From Trichinella spiralis (taxonomy: Eukaryota): DNA of 64,000 nt. The notes under the pieces were generated by a model. The model was given only the letters and a program-made list of their open reading frames with translations, ran no database searches and had not been told where the DNA came from. A program made the translations under genes and the position numbers. Location of the stretch: positions 9,438-73,437 of the forward strand of contig NW_003526948.1 in NCBI RefSeq assembly GCF_000181795.1. Direction: 5' to 3'. This document shows positions 1 to 11,539 of the stretch, piece after piece (the first letter of the stretch is position 1; every line of letters begins with the position of its first letter).

Positions 1-2670
1 GATATATAACGAGTTTAATCAATGACAAAGATGATAAATGGGATTGGATGCAATGAAATGTTTACTTTTTTGAAAAGTAAACTCTTACAACGCTTTCGTT
101 TCGATTTGCCTCAATTAATGATAATTTAACAGCAGAAATTTCAGAAATTCAATTAAATTGATCATAAAAAATATATATTAGTAAAAATCGAACATATTCG
201 ATGCCAAAAATGTATCATGCGCAGAGATTGGCTGTCACTGCATCGGCTGAAAAGCAGTTACTGATGTGCGACTATCATATGTATTAAAATTGGCAGTACC
301 TCAAATTTTGAGTCCATTTATTCCATAAATACTTTGCAGTTTAAAATCAAAATCTCCAAAACCCTAATTGTCATCAATAGAAAATTATAAAAATGAAAAA
401 AATCCGAACATTGAAAAAACCTTCTTCGCCGAAATTTCGCATAAACAACCAAGTCTATAGCCCATGAAATTTTGCAATTTTCAAGAAACTTTTTTCGCCC
501 AGAAATTAATGCTATTGATATACATCGGTCGAGAATTATACGCTAATTGCTATAAACGCATCCGGACCCCTCGTGATTGTGTATTTCTTGAGATATACGC
601 TGAAAAAGTGAAACTGAAAATAGGAATTTTACCAAATCGAAATAAAAAATGGTGAAAACTGAAACATAGGTAAATGGGAATATGGTGTGGTTTCATTAAA
701 TTTTACAACGGAACCATGAATTTTTTTACCTAAAAAAATAATGTTTTTTTACAAGAATTGTTCTTGATTTTCATTAATGTAACAAAAGCTTTCAAAATTT
801 AATACCCCTGTTAACTGAACTTATTCATTGATTACAATTCAGATATAAGAAATGTCCAATAGTATCAGATTGGAAAGCTATATTTTCGTGCAATATGCCA
901 GTCTTTTTTTTTCTATAAATTATAAATATTCAAACCAGAAACTTTATCAAATTTCTCAAAAAATCATCGATTGCAGGTTATTCAAAATTTACATACCTTT
1001 AATTAGCACAGAATTGCTTGTTCTTAACAGGAAAATATTTTACAATACGCCGCAGCTTCTGAGATGCTCGAAATAGCTTATACTTTACGTCCTGGTACAT
1101 TTCTATAAAGTATCGAACAAATACCATGCATGCGCCGAATAATTTGACATGAATTGTGAATTTATTTAATTTCAAAGCAATTGTAATGAATTTCAACTCT
1201 GGGCGTCTACATTTTGTACTAATTATGCAAATCGGCATTGCATCGTAGTTACTTAGCGAAAGTAAATTCAAATAGCCACACATGTGGGATATATAACGAG
1301 TTTAATCAATGACAAAGATGATAAATGGGATTGGATGCAATGAAATGTTTACTTTTTTGAAAAGTAAACTCTTACAACGCTTTCGTTTCGATTTGCCTCA
1401 ATTAATGATAATTTAACAGCAGAAATTTCAGAAATACAATTAAATTGATCATAAAAAATATATATTAGTAAAAATCGAACATATTCGATGCCAAAAATGT
1501 ATCATGCGCAGAAATTGGCTGTCACTGCATCGGCTGAAAAGCAGTTACTGATGTGCGACTATCATAAGTATTAAAATTATCAGTACCTCAAATTTTGAGT
1601 CCATTTATTCCATAAATGCTGGACTGTTTAAAATCAAAATCTCCAAAACCCTAATTGTCATCAATAGAAAATTATAAAAATGAAAAAAATCCTAACATTG
1701 AAAAAACCTTCTTCGCCGAAATTTCGCATAAACAACCAAGTCTATAGCCCATGAAATTTTGCAATTTTCAAGAAACTTTTCTCGCCCAGAAATTAATGCT
1801 ATTGATATACATCGGTCGAGAATTATACGCTAATTGCTATAAACGCATCCGGACCCCTCGTGATTGTGTATTTCTTGAGATATACGCTGAAAAAGTGAAA
1901 CTGAAAATAGGAATTTTACCAAATCGAAATAAAAAATGGTGAAAACTGAAACATAGGTAAATGGGAATATGGTGTGGTTTCATTAAATTTTACAACGGAA
2001 CCATGAATTTTTTTACCTAAAAAAATAATGATTTTTTTTACAAGAATTGTTCTTGATTTTCATTAATGTAACAAAAGCTTTCAAAATTTAATACCCCTGT
2101 TAACTGAATTTATTCATTGATTACAATTCAGATATAAGAAATGTCCAATAGTATCAGATTGGAAAGCTATATTTTCGTGCAATATGCCAGTCTTTTTTTT
2201 TCTATAAATTATAAATGTTCAAACCAGAAACTTTATCAAATTTCTCAAAAAATCATCGATTGCAGGTTATTCAAAATTTACATACCTTTAATTAGCACAG
2301 AATTGCTTGTTCTTAACACAAAAATATTTTACAATACGCCGCAGCTTCTGAGAGGCTCGATTTAATTTTCATTGTACATACTGGTGGTTTCCTGTACAGT
2401 TTCGTACGAATACCATGCATGAGCCCAGTAATTTGACATGAATTGTGAATTTATTTAATTTCATAACCTATGTAAGGAATTTCCACTCTGGGCGACATCA
2501 CATTATGCTAATTATGCAAATTGGCATTGTATCGTAGCTACTTAGCGAAAGTGAATTGAAATAGCCACACATGTGGTATGAATCAGTTGCGTAATCGTTG
2601 AAAAACATGGCAATTAGGATCGCATTCCATGAAATGTTTGCTTTTCACGAAAGGAAACAGTTACAATGCC
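1..2670. repeat. Tandem repeat, ~1287-bp unit: two copies (1-1287, 1288-~2575) plus a degenerate start of a third (~2576-2670)
   Basis: GATATATAACGAGTTTAATCAATGACAAAG occurs at 1 and 1288. Near-identical ORFs lie at 464/1751 and 852/2141. The copies are almost identical up to ~2350, then visibly diverged but still alignable. Confidence 0.95.
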
Positions 2671-2800
2671 GTTGAAATTTCGCAATTTGCGAGAAAAACC
2701 TTGGAATCCATTTGAGTAATGAAAATGTACTGTGAAATGATAACATTACATCGAGAAAAAGTGCTAGGTAATGAATGACACAAAATTTTTTTTCAAAATG

Positions 2801-2806
2801 TTTATT
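2801..2806 (-). promoter_or_regulatory. Putative polyadenylation signal AATAAA for POLA2
   Basis: TTTATT on the + strand about 40 nt past the POLA2 stop codon. The AT-rich background limits certainty. Confidence 0.45.
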
Positions 2807-2844
2807 AATTAATATGTAATTTTAAGTAAATTTTCAAATTTCAG

Positions 2845-4745
2845 TTATAGTCGAAGAATTTCACCCAAAACGCAGTTTTCGAAATCATCGGTTCTCTGAA
2901 GAAGCTGATTCATAAAAATTTTCATTGTGGCAAACGTACCTGTCGACTTGGCTTTCACAAAATTCCCAGGATTTACACAAACCGTTTTGTGAATCGATTT
3001 GATGAAATGGTGAAATTTAGAAGGCAAAATAAGAATATCTGGCCGAACGCTTAATTCACCATAAAGTTTCAGTTTGCTATATTCTACGGTTGCATCACCA
3101 GAGGGACAAAGTGGGTAAAAACTACGCTGCATTAACAAGTGAGTAATCATGCGATTCACTCGTTCCCCTTGCTGGATGCCTTCGACTAATTCTTCATTTT
3201 TCAAGTGCCACAAAATGTCAGTAGAAGTGATACCAACAATAACACCACCAACATTTAACAGACAAGGATCTGGTGCGAAAAACAGATTGTCAGGCTGTTC
3301 CACATTTTCACCTATGAATGCACGCCATTTCAGACGATATGGTGGACATGGATAAATCTGTGACGAAAATGTATCCTTTGGAGAAGCAACAATAATAACA
3401 TTCGTAAAGTTTGCACTCAAAGTTTCACAGATGTTGAATAACATCTTACACAACAGCTCTTCATAACTGACGTCATCTTGGGATAGAGGTTTAATATTTT
3501 CATTGTAGAAGAAGGGACCAATTAAAATTAAACTTGAAGCTTTCACTTGCAGGCAGTAATTTACTAATTCCTGTAAAGCTGTAAAATTATTGTCATCGGT
3601 ATAACAAAATGGTCCACAAGCAATAACAAATAATAAATTGCATTGTACAACTTCATCAAAAGTTTTGACAGGTATTGGCGCCAATTCACCAGAATAAATT
3701 TCATCTGCTGCAAAAATATGAGAATGCAGTCCAAATCCTTTAGCAACTATGATTTGTCCAGGAAAGATTGCATATTGTTTCACTGAACTAAGATCAAGAG
3801 TTACCTCTGAAAATCCGTGATCTGACTTGCCTTGCAAATGTACATCTTTGCTGCTCTTTAATAATCCACTAAATGAATACACTTGACCACAAATATAAAT
3901 CATCTCGTCAGAAACACTATCAACTGGCAATAATTCCTTTCCCTCCCCAACACTTCTCATCACTGCACCACCAATGGAATCAATCATTTTACCCAACGTT
4001 TCCATTCTGTCCTCCAGCTTTTCATACATGTAACGATAAGACTTGTACAAAAATTGTTTACAATTAAATGGTTGAACAGTTATATTTCGATCCATTTCCG
4101 GCACAATCCATTCCAGTGTAACATTTGGTTGAAATGAAAAAATCAATTTCACACTACTACTGCGTTTCAAAATTGCTGCACATGGTGAAGACAATTCTAT
4201 CTGTTGAGAGTTTTCCATCACGTCCTCTATTGCTGAATCATCCTGATGATCACTGATATATGCTGATAATAATTCCTTTGACATTTCAAAGGATGTGTTG
4301 GAAATTTCAGAGATTTTCGAATCATTCAGAAAAGTTTTTCTTGGACTCAACTGTCCACAATGTTCCTGGCGTCTGTTTCTCAAAAAATTGCGCTCCATTA
4401 TGTTTAAATTTTCCACACTCATTTCTGTCATAGAATTTGACAATGAAAATGAAATCCATTGATCAACAAATTCTTCCGCCTTCCATTTAAGATTAGAGCA
4501 AATACGCAAAATGTTGTTGCATACTTGTACATCATCTGCAGAGTTGAACATAAATCCAAGATAGGAAAACTGTTGCGCAATATCTTCAATTTTTACAGTT
4601 TCTAAAGGCAATTATTTGCATTTAGTAAACTTACAACAGAGATACAAGGCGCATAACACAAGACAAATACTACATGCAAATATAAAAACAATGATAACAA
4701 AGAAAAATATTATATAAATTAAAGTGCATCTAGTCACTTACCCAT
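2845..4745 (-). CDS. POLA2: DNA polymerase alpha subunit B (Pol12/p70)
   Basis: Long ORF with YRYMYEKL, LDLSSVKQYAIFPGQII, VIACGPF, LILIGPF, PDPCLLNVGG..GITSTDIL, QRSFYPLCP, PDILILPS and CVNPG motifs. The ORF-track start is TTG. The likely true start is ATG G at 4745-4742, with GTAAGT intron 4741-4602 ending TTTAG, giving in-frame M-E-T-V-K. Confidence 0.93.
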
Positions 4746-5273
4746 TTTTGCTTCAAAAGTATTCGCAAGAGAATAATTAAATAACACTCCTCACCAAACA
4801 ATAAGGCAAAACAGTGTCACAATAAGGCAGAGAACGTAAGGCGAGCTACAAAAATGAAAGTTAAGTACTAATTCAAAAGGAAGCAAATTCCGGCAACATT
4901 ACTAAAAAGCAATTGGTTCGTGAAAAAATTATACCAAAAATAAAATAAAATAAAATAAAATAATTATTTATATTATTATCAAATATTATACTTTTTGTTA
5001 GATTGAACTGTGTATTGTACTTTTTATTTGTATTCAATCCAGTTTATTTCTTTTATTAGTGATTGCATACCACTGTTGCACAAATTACAATGAAGATGAT
5101 ACATCATACCTTATTAGTTTAAATCCTTATTAAATTTCATTAACTTTTGCCTGTTATAATGTTGGCCGAATTTTTATTGAAATGCCAATCAACATCATAA
5201 TTTGTATCTTCCAGAATCAACAAGCTTCATTAAAATAATTTTTAGCAGAATAATTATTTTTCACACTTTCATT

Positions 5274-7131
5274 TTACTTCTTCATTACAACAGTGTTAAC
5301 ACGTCGAATGAAGTGATAACCATTCACACTACAATGAGGACAGGCAGACATTTCAGAGAAACGAAAAAATGAATTTTTTTCTTCTGCAGTTGGAATAGTA
5401 CCATAACAACTGTAGCAACGTGGAAAGCAGCAATGGACAGCAGCCAATACATCATATGTGTACAAAGTTCCATAAATTAACTTATTACCAATAAACCAAC
5501 CCTCTGAGCCACACAGGATGCACATCAACTTTGGTGCACTTTCCATACAGTACATGCACAAAGATAAAAGATATAAGCTACTTCCCTCGTAATTGACCTT
5601 AAAATAGAAATTATTATCTAAAAAATGAATGAAGCAATTCAAGGAAATTATTTTCTTTTTCTTTTTCACTTACCATAACACCTAAATTTTCGTGATTTAT
5701 CGGTGATAAAAAAAATGTGCCATCGATTAATGGATAACGATCATATACCGGAAGTAAAGACTGACAAATAATGCATGTCACAGTACGTCGCTTATGATCG
5801 CCAAGATTTGTTAAAACAAAAAGTCTCGTCTCATCATTTCCTTGAGGGCAATCATCTTCAAGCTAAAGTAAAAACAAAACAAAACAATTAGAGTTCAAAC
5901 ATATTTATATAAACACAACAAAACATGCACATAAATAATGTTTATATATTAATAAATGTAAAAGTGCCAAGCTTCTCATTATACTAACTGTTTGCAGAAT
6001 TCAATCAGATTGTAGTGCATATTCTGTTGATATTCGCACGCATACATTCGCAATAAGTTAGCCAATAAAAGAACTTAATTTTACTGATAACTGTTAACAT
6101 TTTAAAAATCAAACCTTTATATTAATGCCGTTAATTTTCGATCTCGGTAAAGCCTTCCGGAATGATTCCAAATTCTGCCTGCGTCTGAAAATATTTCCAG
6201 TACTTTGAGCCTAAATAAATAAATGCACTTGTTAAACGACTCAAAATGCGACGATATAAATTCCACAAATAAGCAATGTAACAATTGTAAATATAAATAC
6301 TGCGCAGTTACATATACGAAATAATAATTCGAGAAGATAAATATTCGGATCATGACAACTAACTTGCATATCCAAACAATGACTGGAATTATTTAAGATG
6401 CCAGTGTCATGCTCGCAACTTTCTAATATAAATTGATTTGACTTTGATTTTGACATCGCACTGCCTTCAGAATCGAAAGCCACAACAGCTGAATCAAAAC
6501 TTGAAGTTCGAGAACGTGCGCGAAAAAATCCACTTCCAAAACCACTATTCTTTGACAAAGAAGCAACTTTGTTACCGTTTTCACGCCGAAATGGTAAATG
6601 CTTGAAACGTTCTTCACACTTAAAAGTAAATAAAACAAAATAATAATCAAATAAAAATTACCTAGTTTCTTTTATTTCATTAATTTTTTTCAAAAAAAAT
6701 TTAAAGCATTATTCAGCACAATATAATCACATTATAAAGTGCAAAATTATACAATTCATCTTGAAAATCACACAATCATGCAATACAAAAATTCACCAGT
6801 TAATTGCAACTGACATAAACAAATCTTACCGCAGTATGTTGCGCACTATCGCATTTTAAGCATCCTCTACTGCAGCTACCTTAACATTAAACAAATATAA
6901 AACAAAAAATCTCTTGTCGATAACAACTTTACGTATATCACACTAATCCTTACAAGCACATGATGAATTCTTACCAACACCAGTACAGTTTTGTGCAAAA
7001 ACATTCAATCTATCGAAGCTTTGCAGTGAAGTTTGTCTCGTTTCAAAACAAAGACGATCTACACATTTTTCTGAAGGGCATGAAAGATTATTACATTCCA
7101 CTTTTACCACATCATTTATCGCATCTGTCAT
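5274..7131 (-). CDS. HECA: Headcase protein homologue (about 6 exons)
   Basis: Spliced peptides: MTDAINDVVKVECNNLSCP; GSCSRGCLKCD; GNIFRRRQNLESFRKALPRSKINGINIK; LEDDCPQGNDETRLFVL...CIICQSLLPVYDRYPLIDGTFFLSP; GTLYTYDVLAAVHCCFPRCYSC...FSEMSACPHCSVNGYHFIR. These match the Headcase N-terminal and middle domains. Confidence 0.9.
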
Positions 7132-8503
7132 ATTTCTAGACTGATCTACAAAAAATGTTCTAAACAATAAATGAAGAAAGAAATTTCGTGTGAAGTTATA
7201 TACAAACAAAATGACTTGATTGATTTATAAATTGAAAATATGAAAATTGGAGAGAACTTTGAGCTTAATTTATTTTTTCCTTTCCAACTTTAGCATTGGT
7301 TGCTTGATTTCATCAAGTTTAGAAAGCTTCTTTACACTGAACGTAAAGCAATTCGTATTTGTTTTATCATTAATACTGTAAACATACTGATCTCATAATA
7401 TAATGTAGCTCATAATGCAAATATTACAAAACAGTAAATTCAAAAAGTTTCATTAACAAACAAGCAACAACAATTAAAAGTAGTAAACAAACAATAATCA
7501 TCTTGCAATATCAGTGCTGTCATTTTCTATTAAAAATCACAATAATAGAATTGAAGCAATAAACAGCAATACCCAAATGCTTTCTTCAAGAATAACTATT
7601 TTTTCTAATGAAAAGCTGCAATTTTCACTTTGATGATTGACTCGCGTATTGAAAAGTGTTTACGAGAATACCCTAGAAAAGAGAAGAATATGCATTTACT
7701 CATACAGTAAAAATAAATCAAGCTAATTTAATAACAGGGAACTTCATTTCCCCAAGCAACGCAAATTACTAGCTGTTTTGTTGTTTGTAAAACGCTACTA
7801 ACATTTTACGGAAAATAAAATTGCATTATCTATTCATATTAATTATTCTTTACTACTGCTCGCATTTATGGAAATTCCTTATCTCTAATTTTATTAAACT
7901 GAAAAATGTAAACTTTTACATAATCAAAATTATATATATGTATATAATGCAGAATTTATGCAATTCAAGATTTCCAAATCTTATTTAACATACAACCATG
8001 TAACTTGCAACGTTATACAGCCTCTGTAGCTTTGATTATAAGAACTGCCCGAGAATATTAGGTTATAAACTTTAATGAGAGTTTCAGGTTTTGTTATGAC
8101 AGAACAAATATACAGCTTCTAATAAGTTATGCAAAAATTAAAAATAACTTGACTGTCACATTTATACAGTAATCTGATGTTCACGTTTTTTTAACTGTTA
8201 ATGGAAAAAAACAGTATGTATTTATTTTTACAAAAGTTTATTACTTTTACATTAAAATTATAATTATATAATGTAATGTTGCATCAGTTCGTATTTTGTA
8301 AATAATGCCTCATTAAATGCACTATCAATGTGATAATATTCAAGCAAATTGTATGATCAATTTTTCATATGAAATACAAGGTTACGTACCAGACAAAGTA
8401 AACAATAACCAATCAGATAACAAATAACCTTGGGTCAATATTTTACTTGAGTTTTTCGCAAAAACGTCAACAATAAACATTCATAAAGAATCAGAAGTAA
8501 AAT

Positions 8504-9994
8504 TTACGAAAATATATCATTAAAAAAATCATCTTCAAGCGTGGCAAGAAACAAGTCATCATCAACTGTTGTTGTCATTTCTGTTGCAGAATTTAAAGCT
8601 ATTTCTGATTTTGTATGAGAATCCTGTGTCTCGCACTGTAAGCTCTTTTCTTCATTATTTTTTTCTAACTGATTCTGCATTGAACGGGAAAACAACTCCG
8701 TGCGTTTTTCCATATGATAAGCGCTTTGAAATGTTCGATTCATCATATCACTTTTCTTTAAACTGGCGTTGACATAACGTTCTCTTAAATGTTTTATTTC
8801 GCTGTTTATCAAGTCGCTCATTTTATCGAAAATTCTTTTCTCAATTAAATTTTCGTTCAGCGACCAAAGATTGCTTTTGTCCGGTGATTGATGAAACACT
8901 TGTACAGCTATTGTATCTTTACCCAAACATGCCTGCGTAGAAAAATAGTCCATTTGAACAGCACTGTTCAGTTCTTCATACTGTATCCAATATATTCGAC
9001 GTATTGTAGGCTTCAAAATAACTGCATACGGAGAAAGTTTTGACAATCCACAAAAAGAAACCTGAATCAAGTAAAACTGACAATTGAAAAAATTAAAGCT
9101 TTTTAAAACAAGATATTTACTTTTTCTAGAAAAAGTACACTGCCTACTGTTATTAGACATGAATAGTTATGGGGAGAATAGAATTTGTCAAACTTCACAA
9201 CAGCATCCATTTCTCCTAAAAAAATTCAGTCAATACTTTTGCGATTTATTCATAATTATTCACCAGTCTGATCTTCAACAGTTATTAACAGAGCATCTGG
9301 ACATTTTTCTCGTATCCTGGCAACTGTTACAAGCATACATTCCACTTTATTATCTTCGAGTAAATCAAAAAAAAACTGAAATATCAAATTATTTCATCAT
9401 CTCAAAAATTACAGTTATTTCATAAATGCAATAATCATAATTCGTCCTCTAGTATAAATTGAAATCAAATTTACAGTATTAGTTTTAGCAAATTTAGCAT
9501 TCATATAAAAATTAAAGATAGAAAATGTCAGTAACAGTACATAATATCAAATTACCAGTTCTTTGGCACTTTCAATAGTGACAATTGAAATCTTTTCTGC
9601 ATCCAAATACAATTTTGCCGATGCCCAGGGTTCACGAGTAAAATCATTTTTCCGTATTACACCAATCTGAGATCTCTAAAAACCAAATAACGCCTGTCAA
9701 AACATTGAAAAAAATAGCTCATACGATATATAAACGCTTCTAGATGAATTTAAAAATATTCATTGATAGAATATAAAAATGAATAAGGTTTAATTTAAAT
9801 TTAACTGAATTTAAAATTATCAAATTATCATAGTAAACTGAATATAATTTTAGACGTCTGCTGTGCAATTTCAAACCATTTTTATGACACAAACTACTAC
9901 AAATACCTCTCTGATTTACAATACTGAAATATATTACCATATTGCAATTTTGAATTTTCACATTATCAACATCCATTTCATTTTTTATATTCAT
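8504..9994 (-). CDS. HROB: HROB / MCM8IP / C17orf53 (DUF4539 OB-fold) homologue; 5' exon structure uncertain
   Basis: Hand-spliced exons (~9675-9557, 9375-9265, ~9215-9130, 9061-8504) give NDFTREPWASAK...NKVECMLVTV...ITVEDQTGEMDAVV...ITVGSVLFLEKVSFCG...TIRRIY. This is colinear with the HROB pattern DF..GPW...NKVP.MAV...KDPTGEMQGTV...GSVLLLKQI...LVHIY. Confidence 0.75.
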
Positions 9995-11539
9995 TTCTTA
10001 ATAAAATAAAATATTCGAAAACACTATTCTCTCCTACTGTATCAAAAGTAAATCAAGGTTCAATAAGAAAACATTTGAAAATAAGACAGGTTTGCATAGT
10101 CTAACATTTATACATTATTACTTTATCTATTTCAGGAATCTGAATAGTTTTTTATTTTCAAACGTAATTTTTTAAATAAAATAATATTGCCATTTTGTGA
10201 TTTCTATTAGAATTTTCAACAAATGAGGCAATTTGTGATCTAGAGTGTTATAATTTTAATTTCAAAATATATTACACTTTTCTAATGTTAGAAGAATTTA
10301 AAAAAGTCCATCAACACCAACAGTTCAACCTTAAGTGCTGAACAATGCATGTTTTGTCTGTTTGGATGATATGATATGATGTGATTGCTTATCCAGATGT
10401 TCAGTTGCTAATATTATAGTCTGTCAGAATCGACAGTCGCTTAATTCTGGATTGAGTTTGATTCCACGACAAATAAATTCAAACAATAAACAATCAATAT
10501 ATCAACAAGCTCAGCATGCACACATACTCATTCCCGGAGCAATTCCGCTAATATGGAACTCTCATTCCACTCTCTCATTTAAATGACCTCACCAATGTCC
10601 ATCATCCTATGGTAATTATTTGTTAGGCACAATCAAAAGTCGTTCCGCTTTCTACATATGAACTGAAGGTAACCTATAAACTAGATAGTTCTATGTACCA
10701 GAGAGTGCCTTAAGTAGATTAATTAACTAATGTAGCTAGCTGCATATTTTGAAACATCACTTGAAAATAAAAATTTGCTGTAAAATACAGTTCATTAAGA
10801 AGATGTATAATTGGTCATAACGAGTATAACATAACCATTATACATAAGTATGGAACATAACGAAATGTAAAACATTGTGATCTTACCTTTTACAAAATTT
10901 CTTTGAATCTTAAATCTGATGATGACTTGATATTACCAATACGGATGATACTCTGTACGTATTTTCACGACATATGCAGTGAGAGGCATAACCTTGAACA
11001 TTTTAAAGTTACACCTAAACACATTTTCCATCAAACAGCAATTTATACAAACTTGATTAATCATTAATTTTTTATTTTTGAACGCTTTATATATTCACAG
11101 CCCGTTGTGATTAAACTTTTTATTTAATATATTGCTTACTTAATTAACTTTATACTCTTAAATTTTTCTACAAGTTTGTAGTAATCATGATGTTATGACT
11201 ATTTCAATTCAAGTTGCTGATATATTATTATCGTTCCTGCAAATCATTTTGTAATATAGTATACACTAAATGATTTCACATTAATGGCAGGTGCAGCAAT
11301 TAAATAAATGTAGAATTTGTTTCTCCATTAAATATATAAGTAGTGGGATTATTATTTAAAATTATTTGCTTCTTCAAACGGTCTTGTTGTTTAATTCATT
11401 TCAAATGATTTAAATTCATTTTTCTTGTTGTTCAAGATGTCTCAAAAAAGCTTACGTTTAATTAATAAATAACATACTTGAACTGCAATATTTCTTTAGG
11501 TTTTTCTGAAGCAGTTTCTGACATTATGGTTAAGGACAA

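Noticed and set aside
464..2365. Short ORFs inside the tandem repeat (63, 74, 94 aa)
   Set aside because: No recognisable domain. They recur only because the DNA is duplicated, and the 94-aa minus ORF is broken by stops in the diverged part of copy 2.
1..2670. Repeat unit as a 5S rRNA or SL RNA gene array
   Set aside because: No 5S sequence or canonical SL1 was recognised. Divergent SL RNAs cannot be excluded without a covariance-model search.
10300..11000. Slightly GC-richer stretch with splice-like signals between HROB and PDE12
   Set aside because: Every frame I translated hits stops quickly, so no coherent gene or element can be supported.
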